From Heterodontus francisci (lineage: Eukaryota): 64,000 bases of DNA. The stretch covers positions 65,010,429 through 65,074,428 of the forward strand of contig NC_090396.1 of the NCBI RefSeq assembly GCF_036365525.1, in the 5' to 3' direction. This document shows positions 38,901 to 50,900 of this stretch, in pieces (the stretch's first letter is position 1; each line of letters opens with the position of its first letter). The position numbers and the translations under genes were made by a program. The notes under the pieces were generated by a model, which saw nothing but the letters and a program-made list of their open reading frames with translations, was not told the DNA's origin and did not search any database.

Positions 38901-41900
38901 AGTGAATCGTCGCTGTACCTCTTCCAATGCAAGTATATCCTTTCTTAAATGTGGAGACCAAAACTGCACACAATATTGCAGATGAGGTCTCACCAAAGCC
39001 CTGCACAATTGTAGGAAGACTTCTTTATTCCTGTACTCCAATCCCCTTGCAATAAAGGCCAACATGCCATTTGCCTTCCTAATTTCTTGCTGTACCTGTA
39101 TGCTAACTTTCTGCGTTCCTTGTACAAGCACACCCAAGTTTCACACCTTTTAAACCTGTCTTGGCTGACCCTCATGTCTCCTGCTTTCTGATTGTGACAG
39201 TTGCCTCCCAAACGTGATGAAGCTGCCTTGCAGGAAGAAGAGGAGCTTCAGCTGGCTATAGCCTTATCACAGTCTGAGGCAGAGGAGAAGGAGAGAATGG
39301 TGAGTAACATCACTGGACAGCATTAACCACACACGCAACAAAGCTAGCACTATGCCTGTGTTGTGTTAGCTATCCAGCCACTTTGAAATCTGTATAGAGG
39401 AAGGGTGCCCAATTCTAAGCTCATAGCTTAGTTTATGACTTCTTTTGCAAAGAATCTTAAGTTCCTAGGCCTGTAATGATTGTAACAGTTTTGGAGAAGA
39501 TCTGTTGTTTCTTTACAGTCTTTAGCAAAGGTTCACTAAATTGGTCCCTGGGATGAGGGGGTAGTCCTATGATGGGAGGCTGAGTAAATTGGGCCTATAC
39601 TCTGTGGAGTTTAGAAGAATGAGAGGCAATCTCATTAAAACATACAAGATTCTGAAGGAGCTGGATAGGGCAGATGCTGAGAAATTGTTTCCGCTGGTCA
39701 AGGAATCTAAAACAGGAGGGCACAGTCTCTGACCTTTCAATAAAGCTCAACATTTTTAAAACAAATGCATACTTCAATGTGTAGACAACAAGAATCTTAA
39801 GTTTAGTAAAATACTGCAGATGCTAGAAATCTGAACTAAAGGCAGAAAATGTTAGCAAATATTCAGGTCACGCAGCATCTGTGGAGAGAAGCAGTGTTAA
39901 CATGTCCGGAAGTTGATGGTTGATAACAGACTACACACTGAGCTAGTGAGTTGATGGACAATTAATGTATGCGCACTTCTTTTAATGGGAACTTACCTGA
40001 GACTTCTCCTTGTGCAGAGGCAGAAGAACACATACTCCTTGTACCCAAAGACTGACCCAACACCAGTCACCTCATCAGCCCCACCAGTCAGCAGCCTGTA
40101 TTCATCTCCTGTGGTAAGAGTTCAGTGCCAGTTTTGAATGTTACTAACTGATTTGAGGCAGAGTTTTGACCCAGCATGTATATGATGCCTCCTTTCTTAA
40201 TTGTTCAATCAAAATGAGCCTCATCCTATCCTCGTTTAACAAAGGAAAGGAGTTGCATTTATAAAGCACCCTCCACGACCTCGGGAATGGCTCAGTGTGC
40301 TTTACAGCCACTGACTTACTTTTGAAGTATAGTCACTTGTAATAAATGGCAATTTGTGCACTGCAAGATCCCATAAACAGCAATGAAATACATGACCAAT
40401 CTATTTTGGTGATGTTTGTATTCTTGCTTGATGCCCATGAATGTCTGCTTCCAGTTAGAGTTACAGGTCGCTTTTAAGAGCAAACACCACCCTGGCCCTG
40501 AAACACAAAGTACAGGGTAGCTTCAGCACACAGACCTGGAAACCCCCCCCCCCACCCCTCACCGGTCAAGAAATGTCGAATTCACATTTAAAAATGTAAA
40601 CTGCCCCAGTTATTTATACCTGATTGGGCTATGAGAGTAAGTGCCTTCACTATATCTGAGAGAAACATTGTGTAGGATTGATGATGTTGAATGTACGATG
40701 CTAATAACTGGAATGTGATCCTGTGTTTTTCCCCTTACAGAATTCTTCTGCCCCAACAGCTGAGGAGATTGATCCCGAGGTAAAGAGTGATGTGTATTAA
40801 TGTCTTGTAAAAATGAATTTACAGCAGTTTTCAAATGTAAAGGAATTATGAGACAAAATGCTTTGTACCTCTGACTTTTTTTTAAAAAGCTGGCTCGATA
40901 CCTGAATCGCAACTACTGGGAGAAGAAGCAGGAGGAGGTGAGAAAGAGTCCCACCCCCTCTGCACCAGTCTCTGTGGTGGAGTCTGTCACACAGCCCATT
41001 GAAACTCACACAGCTCCTGTTGCAGTAGTGGAGGTAAATGTTGATTTCCTTTGAATGCATATCCCAGTGAAATTTTGTTGTTTGGCAAAAAAAAAAGCAT
41101 AAAAATAACTCTGCCTGAGACTACATTTTTTGCTTTCCTTTGCGGTTCAGCAGCAGTATCAGAATGGAGAGTCCGAGGAGAACCATGACCAGTTTCTGAA
41201 GGCACTGCAGAACTCAGTGGTGACCTTTGTGAACAGGATGAAGAGCAATCACATGCGTGGCCGCAGCATCACCAATGACACTGCCGTGCTGTCCTTATTC
41301 CAGTCCATCAACAACATGCACCCTCAGCTCCTGGAGCTCCTGAATCAGTTGGATGAGAAGCGCTGTGAGTACAAGAGGCCATGGGAAAGGGGAGAAGGCC
41401 CTCTGTTTCAAAATGATATTCGATTCATCCTGAAGTAAAATACAACTCTTCTAATGGCCTCTGTTAGCAAATGCACTGCCCACTGCAGAGCTGAGGGATA
41501 TAAACCATGAAGACCTCAGGTTTGATCCCTGGTTTGTGGTGAGTTAGCTGACCTCCACTGAGGTGATGGTAAGGGGCTTCAGGTTGACGCCAGCGTCATG
41601 TGTACATTTTGGCCTATGTATTTCAGAAGGGATCTAGAAGCACTAGAGAAAGTGCAAGAACGATTTACAAGGATGATACCAGAATGGAGAGGGTACAAGT
41701 AATCAGGAAAGACTGAACCAGCTGGGGCTGTAATCTCCAGAAAAGTGAAGACTGAGAGATGACCTGATAGAAGTCTTTAGAATTATGGTGGAGTTCAATA
41801 GGATAGACTTAGAGATCATTTTTCCATCTGTGGGGAATCCAAAACCAGAGGCCTTAAATATAAGATAGTCACCAATAAATCCGAAAAGGAATTCAAGAAA

Positions 41901-44900
41901 AACTTCTTTACCCAGAGAGTGGTTAGACTGTGAAACTCACTACCACTGGGAGTAATTGTGGTGAATAGCACAATTGCATTTTAAAGGGAAGCTAGATAGT
42001 ACTTGTGGGAGAAAGGAGTAAAAGGGTATGTAGTCTGAGATAAGGTAGATGGGAGGAGGCGCGTGTAAAGCATAAACCTGTTGGGCCAAATGGCCTGTCT
42101 GCTGTAAGAATCAGCTGGGGTTCCTGCCCACCCATTATCCAGTAGTCTGTCAGAGTGCTGTTGGCACAGCCTATTTGGTCCTGTATCCTGGGTATGGCAT
42201 CACGCAATGGCAGGAAAGAGGCAAATGGGATTTGCCCTCTATCAAATAGCTAAAAGCAGGCGACCAAGGGGATCTAGAATTCTCAGTGGTTATTCCCTGC
42301 CTTGAGTTCTAATGTTCACAATAGCTTCCTCAGTCCAGTTCTCCACTTATAAAACATTTCAAAACACCCTCAATTAAAACGCATGTGCTAGTCCTCTACC
42401 AGCTCCTATAGTAATCAGCTTTGCTCATCAACTGGGCTTACAGTTGGCATGCAGTCTTGCACTCTTTTACAATCTAAACTGAAGCGTAGATGTCATGTGG
42501 AAGCCCAGTTGGATACTGCACCAGTAAGTAACTAGAGTGGGCAGAGAAAGGCATTTTAACATACACTCTTGATTAACATTACTAAGTGTTGAAACAGAAT
42601 GGCAAGTTTTTGGTGAGAAGACCTTTGTACTGTTGATACTGAATAGGGGAGGAAGATTGGTGCCTGAAATAGGCCATGATTTTAAAAGTTCCAATTTTAT
42701 GCTCCGAAACTCTGTGTTTCATTAAGTAATGCTGCAGTTTAAGTAATAACTAAACGATTTAAAATAATTGGCAGAAGAACCAGGGGGAAATGAGATTTGG
42801 CTTTTTTTATACAGCACGTTGTTAGGATCTGGAATGCAATGTCTGAAAGGGTGGTCGAAACTGATATAGTAACTTTCAAAAGGGAATTAGATATAGACTT
42901 GAAAAGGAAAAATTTACAGGGCTATGGGGGGGAAAAAGTGGTGGAGTATGACAGATTGGATAGGTCTTTCAAAGAGCTGGCACAGTGGGTCGAGTGGCCT
43001 CCTTCTGTGTTCTATCGACGCCAAAGACGATGCTTTTTAGGATTAAAAACTAAATGAATTCACCTGTCCCACTATGCAGGGAGTTATAAAATCCTTTGCT
43101 TGATGCTTTGTTTTTATCAAGAGAATCTATGTTGGATGGTTAGAGAACCAAATAAACCAAGTGGATCATTTTATTTAAAAATAGTATTTTTGTTGTATTT
43201 CAGTGTATTATGAAGGTCTGCAAGACAAGCTGGCCCAGATCCGAGATGCACGTGGGGCGCTGAATGCTCTGCGCGAGGAACATTGCGAGAAGCTGCGGCG
43301 AGCAGCCGAGGAAGCTGAGCGCCAGCGGCAGATCCAGTTAGCACAGAAGCTAGAGATCATGAGGCAAAAGAAGCAGGTATGTCTGGAGAGGGTGAAATGT
43401 CCTAATTCACAGTGGGGTTTTGTTTAATATCCAGTGAACATCTGTTCTGTTCCCCCCTCCTCCCACCCCCACTTCCCACACCCATACGGATTTATAAATT
43501 TCAAGACCTCAAAAGGTAAAATATTAGAAAAAAAGAAATGCATTTATATAGTGCCCTTTACAACCCTAGAGCACAACCAGTGCTTCTGAAGTGTAATCGC
43601 TGTTGTAACATAGGAAACCCAGCAGCCAATTTTGGACAGCAAAGTCCCATAAACATGCATGACACAGTAATTTATTTTTTGTGATGTTAGTTGAGGGCTA
43701 AATATTGGCCAGGACACCAGGGAGAACTCCCCTGCTCCTCTTCTAATTGTGGCATGGTACCTATCATTCCTGAGAGGGCAAACGGGGCATCGGTTTAGAC
43801 AGCTCATCTGAAAGAGCCTGTTGGGGTAGGAGTTGCCCTTTTTATTTGCCCAGTGCATTGCCTATTTAAATTCCATTAAATTCTCAATGGTGAGATAAAT
43901 GATATTGTGATCCATGAGCTAGTATCAGGGAGGGTCACCTTCTGTTGAGTATCTATTTTCTCACCTTCCTCGGTTTCCTCCCCTCAGCCTCTGCATGATT
44001 GATGTGCTGACTGAATGATATCCCATTTGACCCATTGTGTGGTATTCATCACATTGTATGAAGTACAGCCTAAGCAATGCATCAGATTTCAATTAATCTG
44101 ACATCACTGTTCAATCTAAATTCTTCCTTTTACTCCTCTCCAGACTATGTCCCCTGCTGTTGGTATGCATTTCTCAGTAATTCCAGACATTGCTCTAATG
44201 TTCTGTCAGTCTTGAAGTTATGAATTTTGAACGGTTTGCTTTATGGTGTCACAGGAGTACCTGGAGATGCAGCGACAGCTGGCCATTCAGAGGCTGCAGG
44301 AGCAGGAGAAGGAGCGGCAAATGCGCCTGGAGCAGCAGAAGCAAACCATTCAGATGCGAGCACAGATGCCCACCTTCCCACTGCCGTACGCACAGGTTAG
44401 AGTTAAATGTAGAAGAGTGGGTGCGCGGGAGAGGAGAGGGAGGCTGTAACCCCAATGGGAGGCAGAGTGTCCTGAACGTGAGAGCAGAGTTCAAGCAGGT
44501 TAATCACTTTGACAGAATGCTGTGATTGTGTTGCAGCTTTGCCGTGTATGAAGCAGTGGATTAATGTGGTGCAGTTTTCCTTTCTTGACACTTTTTATAG
44601 TTCCTAGGTATATTTACTGTAACACTTACAAGGTTTTTTTTGTGTTTTGAGGGGTATATTGGAGATAGAGTATAGGAAAGGGGCATAAATAACTCTGTGC
44701 CCTGCTGTTTGCATTTTGTTCTCACCAGGCCTTGCCTTGCCTTTCCCTCCATCTTATCATATGATTGTTCCTCTGCATAATGATTGGCAAACCAGTTCCA
44801 AAGTTCAAAGAAATTGCTGTTTGATAGGGAGTGATATATACAATAATAAGTGTGAGGAGAATTGGATTTTAATTTGATCTTTGGGTTCAGGTGCCATTTT

Positions 44901-47900
44901 GAAACTCTTCCAAATTCACTGTTATGATTCAACACCTGACTTTGTAACTCCCTCATGTCTCTCTCTCTTGGTGTTAATGTTGATCTCAGTTGTGTGGGTT
45001 TTTCATTGCTGCTTAATTCATTTTCAGAAGGAAAAAATTTGTGTTTTTTTGTCTTTTTGTCTTCAATTGTGTGCTGCTTTTGTCATACTGAGTGGGATAT
45101 TAGGATTTTCCATAGCGCTGGTACTCCATGTAGAGCTATGCAGCGAAAATGAGCAATAGTTTAATACGTGCTGTCAAAGGGCATGTCTGAAACCTCCGCA
45201 TGATTGTTATGCTGACTCATTTTGTGTCCCATTTGATTCATTGTGTGGTACTTACCACAGTGAATCACTGCATCTGCCGTTTAAGTAATTAATCTTGGCA
45301 TTCCTGTTTAATCTGAATTCCTCCTTCTGTTTAGCTGCAGTCCATGCCCCCTGCTAGTGGTGTTATGTATCAGCCTGCAGGTCCAACCAGCTTCCCTGGC
45401 ACTTTCAGCCCTGCAGGCTCAGTGGAAGGATCTCCTATGCACTCTGTGTACATGAACCAGACGGGACAACCAGGCACTGGACCATATTCCTCCATGTCGG
45501 TCTCTGGAGCAGGTGAGGTGCAGCTGGGTAGCCAAAGCACTCGTTACACTCCTGGCTCGCATCAAACGCTGCTTAAATGCTGGATGTTTGTTTATGTGCA
45601 ACATTTCTGCTGCATGTAGCTCTCTTCACTCTTGAACTAACTGATCAGCAATTCTTTGGGTCAGGAGAGATCAGATCACAGATAAACATGGTTTGGTACC
45701 AGAGATGCTGCGATCTCTCTCAATCTGATGGTGGTGCTGCCACTGTGAAATATTTGTCACTGTTGGTGCTCCAGAATATGGCATCAACAAACCGACATTG
45801 GGAAACAAAATCTGTGATCTCTGCCCAGACAGTGGCTGCTATTGTCTCTGATCTTGAACACTTGTGTATTAATTTAAAAAGAGGTGTATTCTGCAAAAGA
45901 GATGATCACTTTATTTTCATTTGTGCTTGGCCATTTGCGTGCTTGGCAAGCCCACAGTTATTGCCCATCCTTAGTTGCCCTGAGAAGGGCCTTAAAGTAC
46001 AGCAGCATTTGTTTGTACAACTGAATGATTTGTTAGGCTACTTCAGAGTGATGGAAGGAACTGGAGTCTGGCTACAGACTGGGTCAGATAGCTGTTTTTC
46101 TGTCCTGGTGCCATCTCTCAAATCACCACATTTATTAAATTGAATTTCACAATTTGCCATGGTGGGATTTGAATGCAATCACTGGATTACTAACCTAGTA
46201 CCTTAACCACTGAACTATTGTACAACAACAACTTGCATTTATATACCACCTTTAACATGGTGAAACGTCCCAAGGCACTTCACAGGAGTGTTATGAAACT
46301 AAATTTGACGCTGTGTCGCATAAGGAGATATTGGGGCAGGTGGCCAAAAGCTGAGTTAAAGATGTAGGTTTTATGGAGCATCTTGAAGGAGAAGAAAGTG
46401 GTGGTAAGGTGGGTAGGTTTACTGAGGAATTGCAGAGCTTAGGGCTGAGGCAGCTGAAGGAAGTTGGGGTTGCACCGGAGGCCAGGTTTGGAGGAGTACA
46501 GAGATCTCGGAGGGTTGTGGGGTTTTAGAAGATTGCAGAGATAGGGAGGGGCGAGGCCATGGTGGGATTTGAAAACAACGGTGTGAATTTTAAAATGGAG
46601 GATTTGCCAGATTGGGAGCCAGTGTAGGTTGTATGCTGTGGTTAAATAACTGTAACACCCAGAATCAGTGTATTGAGAACAGGTCAGTCAATCCGGTTAC
46701 TCCACATTCAGTGTCTCCACATTCCAACATGTTCGTTATTCTGTGGGATAGCATGCATGGATGCTGATTCTGTTACTGTGATGCTATATCTTGTGTGTGT
46801 TCATACAATCCTTGTGTACCTTAGATCCCAACATGGTGAATCCTTACATCTACCAGCCTGCAGCTCCGACCAGTCAGACTGCCCAGCAAGGCCAGGGAGT
46901 GCCCACAACAAACACCGGATACTCAAACTACCAACCAACCCCTACACAGAACTACCAGGCAAGGCACACGCCAGGTTTCTCTCATGTGGATCCCACTTTC
47001 TCTTAATTAACTCTTTTTGGTGTTACAAAATGTTGAGTGCTTTTTGTGTTGGATTGAAGTAGCAATTTTTGACTCCATTTCATTCAGCAGCTTTCATCCC
47101 AGTGTTCTGGGCTAAATACCTAGTTTTCCCTCACCCCACCCAAAGATCTGCCCCTTCCTCATATACTTAACAAGCTGTCTCTCATTTTCACCCTCTCTGT
47201 GTCACTCACTTTTTTTTTCTCTGTCTCTTTCATATGGGTGTGTATGAGCTCTTGCTCTCTGTATTTTTCTCTTGTTTTCTCTCACTATACTCCTTGTTCT
47301 TGCATGCTTTCTCTCACTCGGGTATTTATTCCTGGAGCTTCCTTATACTGCCTTTCAGTGAAATTCCCTGGTAACACTTCCTGCACTCCTCTATAAAATA
47401 TTTAAACTACACCCAGTGTTTCAAGGCATTTGGAAGGGTTAAGGGTGTTTAGATAATTTGTAATATGATTCATTGAAAGTTTGGACTAGTTTGGTGGTGT
47501 TGTTAACTCCCCATGGAAGGATGATTCGATCTGGGCCTTCCTGATCTATATGGCTCAGCAATCTGGATTAGGGAGGGCAAATCATTCTCCTGAGCTTTAT
47601 CCAGTGACCCCTGCAGGAAACCAGGTAAAGGAGGATAGGATTCAACTTTCTTGGTTGCCCCTCCCACTAGCAGTCAAATAACCAAATATTCACTCAGGCT
47701 CCCATGTGAATTGTGGTCACTTGGATGAGATACTGTGTGCTACCAGCACTAGTGACTGTACCTTAACAAAGGCTCAGTGCCTTTTGTCTGGAGAGCAGGG
47801 GAGTAGAAAGCACATTATTTGTGTTTTATTGATTTTGTTATTCTGGTTGTGTGTCTGTCTCTGGTGCCCGCTCTGGCTCTTTGTGTGTGTGTGTCAGATG

Positions 47901-50900
47901 CCCTCTGTGTGTCTGGTGTCTGCTCTGGCTCTGTCTGTGTCAGGTGCCCTGTCAGTGTATCAGGTGCCTGCTCTGGCTGTCTGTCCATGTGTGTTTGTGT
48001 GTGTCAGGTGCCTGCTCTGGCTCTCTGTCCGTGTGTGTTTGTGTGTGTCAGGTGCCTGCTCTGGCTCTCTGTCCGTGTGTGTTTGTGTGTGTCAGGTGCC
48101 TGCTCTGGCTCTCTGTCCGTGTGTGTTTGTGTGTGTCAGGTGCCTGCTCTGGCTCTCTGTCCGTGTGTGTTTGTGTGTGTCAGGTGCCTGCTCTGGCTCT
48201 CTGTCCGTGTGTGTTTGTGTGTGTCAGGTGCCTGCTCTGGCTCTCTGTCCGTGTGTGTTTGTGTGTGTCAGGTGCCTGCTCTGGCTCTCTGTCCGTGTGT
48301 GTTTGTGTGTGTCAGGTGCCTGCTCTGGCTCTCTGTCCGTGTGTGTTTGTGTGTGTCAGGTGCCTGCTCTGGCTCTCTGTCCGTGTGTGTTTGTGTGTGT
48401 CAGGTGCCTGCTCTGGCTCTCTGTCCGTGTGTGTTTGTGTGTGTCAGGTGCCTGCTCTGGCTCTCTGTCCGTGTATGTTTGTGTGTCAGGTGCCTGCTCT
48501 GGCTCTCTGTCCGTGTATGTTTGTGTGTCAGGTGCCTGCTCTGGCTCTCTGTCCGTGTATGTTTGTGTGTCAGGTGCCTGCTCTGGCTCTCTGTCCGTGT
48601 GTGTATCAGGTGCCTGCTCTGGCTCTCTGTCCGTGTATGTTTGTGTGTCAGGTGCCTGCTCTGGCTCTCTGTCGGTGTGTGTTTGTATATGTCAGGTGCC
48701 TGCTCTAGCTCTCTGTCGGTGTGTGTTTGTGTGTGTCAGGTGCCTGCTCTGGCTCTCTGTCTGTGTGTCAGGTGCCTGCTCTGGCTCTCTGTCCGTGTAT
48801 GTTTGTGTGTCAGGTGCCTGCTCTGGCTCTCTGTCCGTGTATGTTTGTGTGTCAGGTGCCTGCTCTGGCTCTCTGTCCGTGTGTGTTTGTGTATGTCAGG
48901 TGCCTGCTCTGGCTCTCTGTCGGTGTGTGTTTGTGTGTGTCAGGTGCCTGCTCTGGCTCTCTGTCCGTGTATGTTTGTGTGTCAGGTGCCTGCTCTGGCT
49001 CTCTGTCCGTGTATGTTTGTGTGTCAGGTGCCTGCTCTGGCTCTCTGTCGGTGTGTGTTTGTGTGTGTCAGGTGCCTGCTCTGGCTCTCTGTCTGTGTGT
49101 CAGGTGCCTGCTCTGGCTCTCTGTCCGTGTATGTTTGTGTGTCAGGTGCCTGCTCTGGCTCTCTGTCCGTGTATGTTTGTGTGTCAGGTGCCTGCTCTGG
49201 CTCTCTGTCCGTGTATGTTTGTGTGTGTCAGGTGCCTTCTCTGGCTCTCTGTCGGTGTGTGTTTGTATATGTCAGGTGCCTGCTCTGGCTCTCTGTCGGT
49301 GTGTGTTTGTGTGTGTCAGGTGCCTGCTCTGGCTCTCTGTCTGTGTGTCAGGTGCCTGCTCTGGCTCTCTGTCCGTGTATGTTTGTGTGTCAGGTGCCTG
49401 CTCTGGCTCTCTGTCCGTGTATGTTTGTGTGTCAGGTGCCTGCTCTGGCTCTCTGTCCGTGTGTGTTTGTGTATGTCAGGTGCCTGCTCTGGCTCTCTGT
49501 CGGTGTGTGTTTGTGTGTGTCAGGTGCCTGCTCTGGCTCTCTGTCGGTGTGTGTTTGTGTGTGTCAGGTGCCTGCTCTGGCTCTCTGTCCGTGTGTGTTT
49601 GTGTGTGTCAGGTGCCTGCTCTGGCTCTCTGTCGGTGTGTGTTTGTGTGTGTCAGGTGCCTGCTCTGGCTCTCTGTCCGTGTGTGTTTGTGTGTGTCAGG
49701 TGCCTGCTCTGGCTCTCTGTCAGCTGATTGAAGTCTGAATCTTCTGTTGCAGAATGTGGTTTCTCAGGCACAAAGTGGAGCACTTCCCCAGCCTCCTCAA
49801 TCAGGTGGATTGGGATACATGGGATCCCAGTCTGTCCCAATGGGTTACCAGCCATATAACATGCAGGTAGGCACTGCTGCAGGTGTTCTTGTTCATCATA
49901 TTGTTAAGTTAATACTGAAAAGCTTGTGATTACCAAATGACTGAGACCCAGAGATATCCCCAGTAAATCTGGTCATAATCCTTCAGAAATTCAACACCTC
50001 CCCATCTGTAAACACATAAAAATGAGTTCCCTGAAATCTGAGTATTAGAAAATATCTGTCAACTTTTTATTTGAAAGAAGTATTCACTTCTGTTGTGTAG
50101 ATTTTAATTTTTCTTTATAACTCTGACATTGCATTTGCACATTCTGAAACTGAACCAGAAATGTGGCTGTTTGGGAAGCCCTGTCTTCCACCCCGTAATA
50201 CACAGTGCCCTGTATTTACAGCGAATGTGTAGCTGGATGTTGTACTCAAGTCTGTTCTCTTGTGCTTTGGTTTCCAAACTTTGTTCTGTACAGAAAACAA
50301 CTCGTTCTGTTGCTTTCCCACAGAATATGATGTCTGCCCTCCCAGCCCAGGATCCCGCCATGAGCAACTTACCTCCACAGCAGTCTTACCTTCCAGCACA
50401 GCAGCCTATGTATCAGCAGGTAGGAGGAGAACCTGTATTTGTGTAGAGATACAGGCTTGAACAGTGCCAGCTTGAGAACCACGGTTTTTAAAAAGGTACA
50501 TTTGTACCTGGGAGGGGAGATGGGAGTGGGGATTGGAATCCAGTGTTTTGTAAATATGCTGCAATCTGAACTCACATTCTCTGGATTGCCAGACTACGAA
50601 CATAACCGCCACACTAAGGAACCCAATTAACCTGGTCAACTCTCTAATGTTGACAAAAACAAGAAATGCTGGATTCACTCAGCAGGTCTGGCAGCATCTG
50701 TGGCACCTGCTGAGTGCCAGACCTGCTGAGTGAATCCAGCATTTCTTGTTTTTGTTTCAGATTTCCAGCATCCGCAGTATTTTGCTTTTATTCTCTAATG
50801 TTGACGTTGTATTGTACACTAATTGGCAGTCTTTCTCAGACACCATAGAATGCGCCATGTGTGGAAATAGAGACTGTCTCGCTCATACAGTAAGAGGTTC

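Noticed and set aside
47706-49738. Four long Cys/Val/Leu-rich ORFs (up to 673 aa)
   Set aside because: They are translations of the stop-free 44/42/32-bp minisatellite in all three frames, inside HGS intron 18; no independent coding signal.
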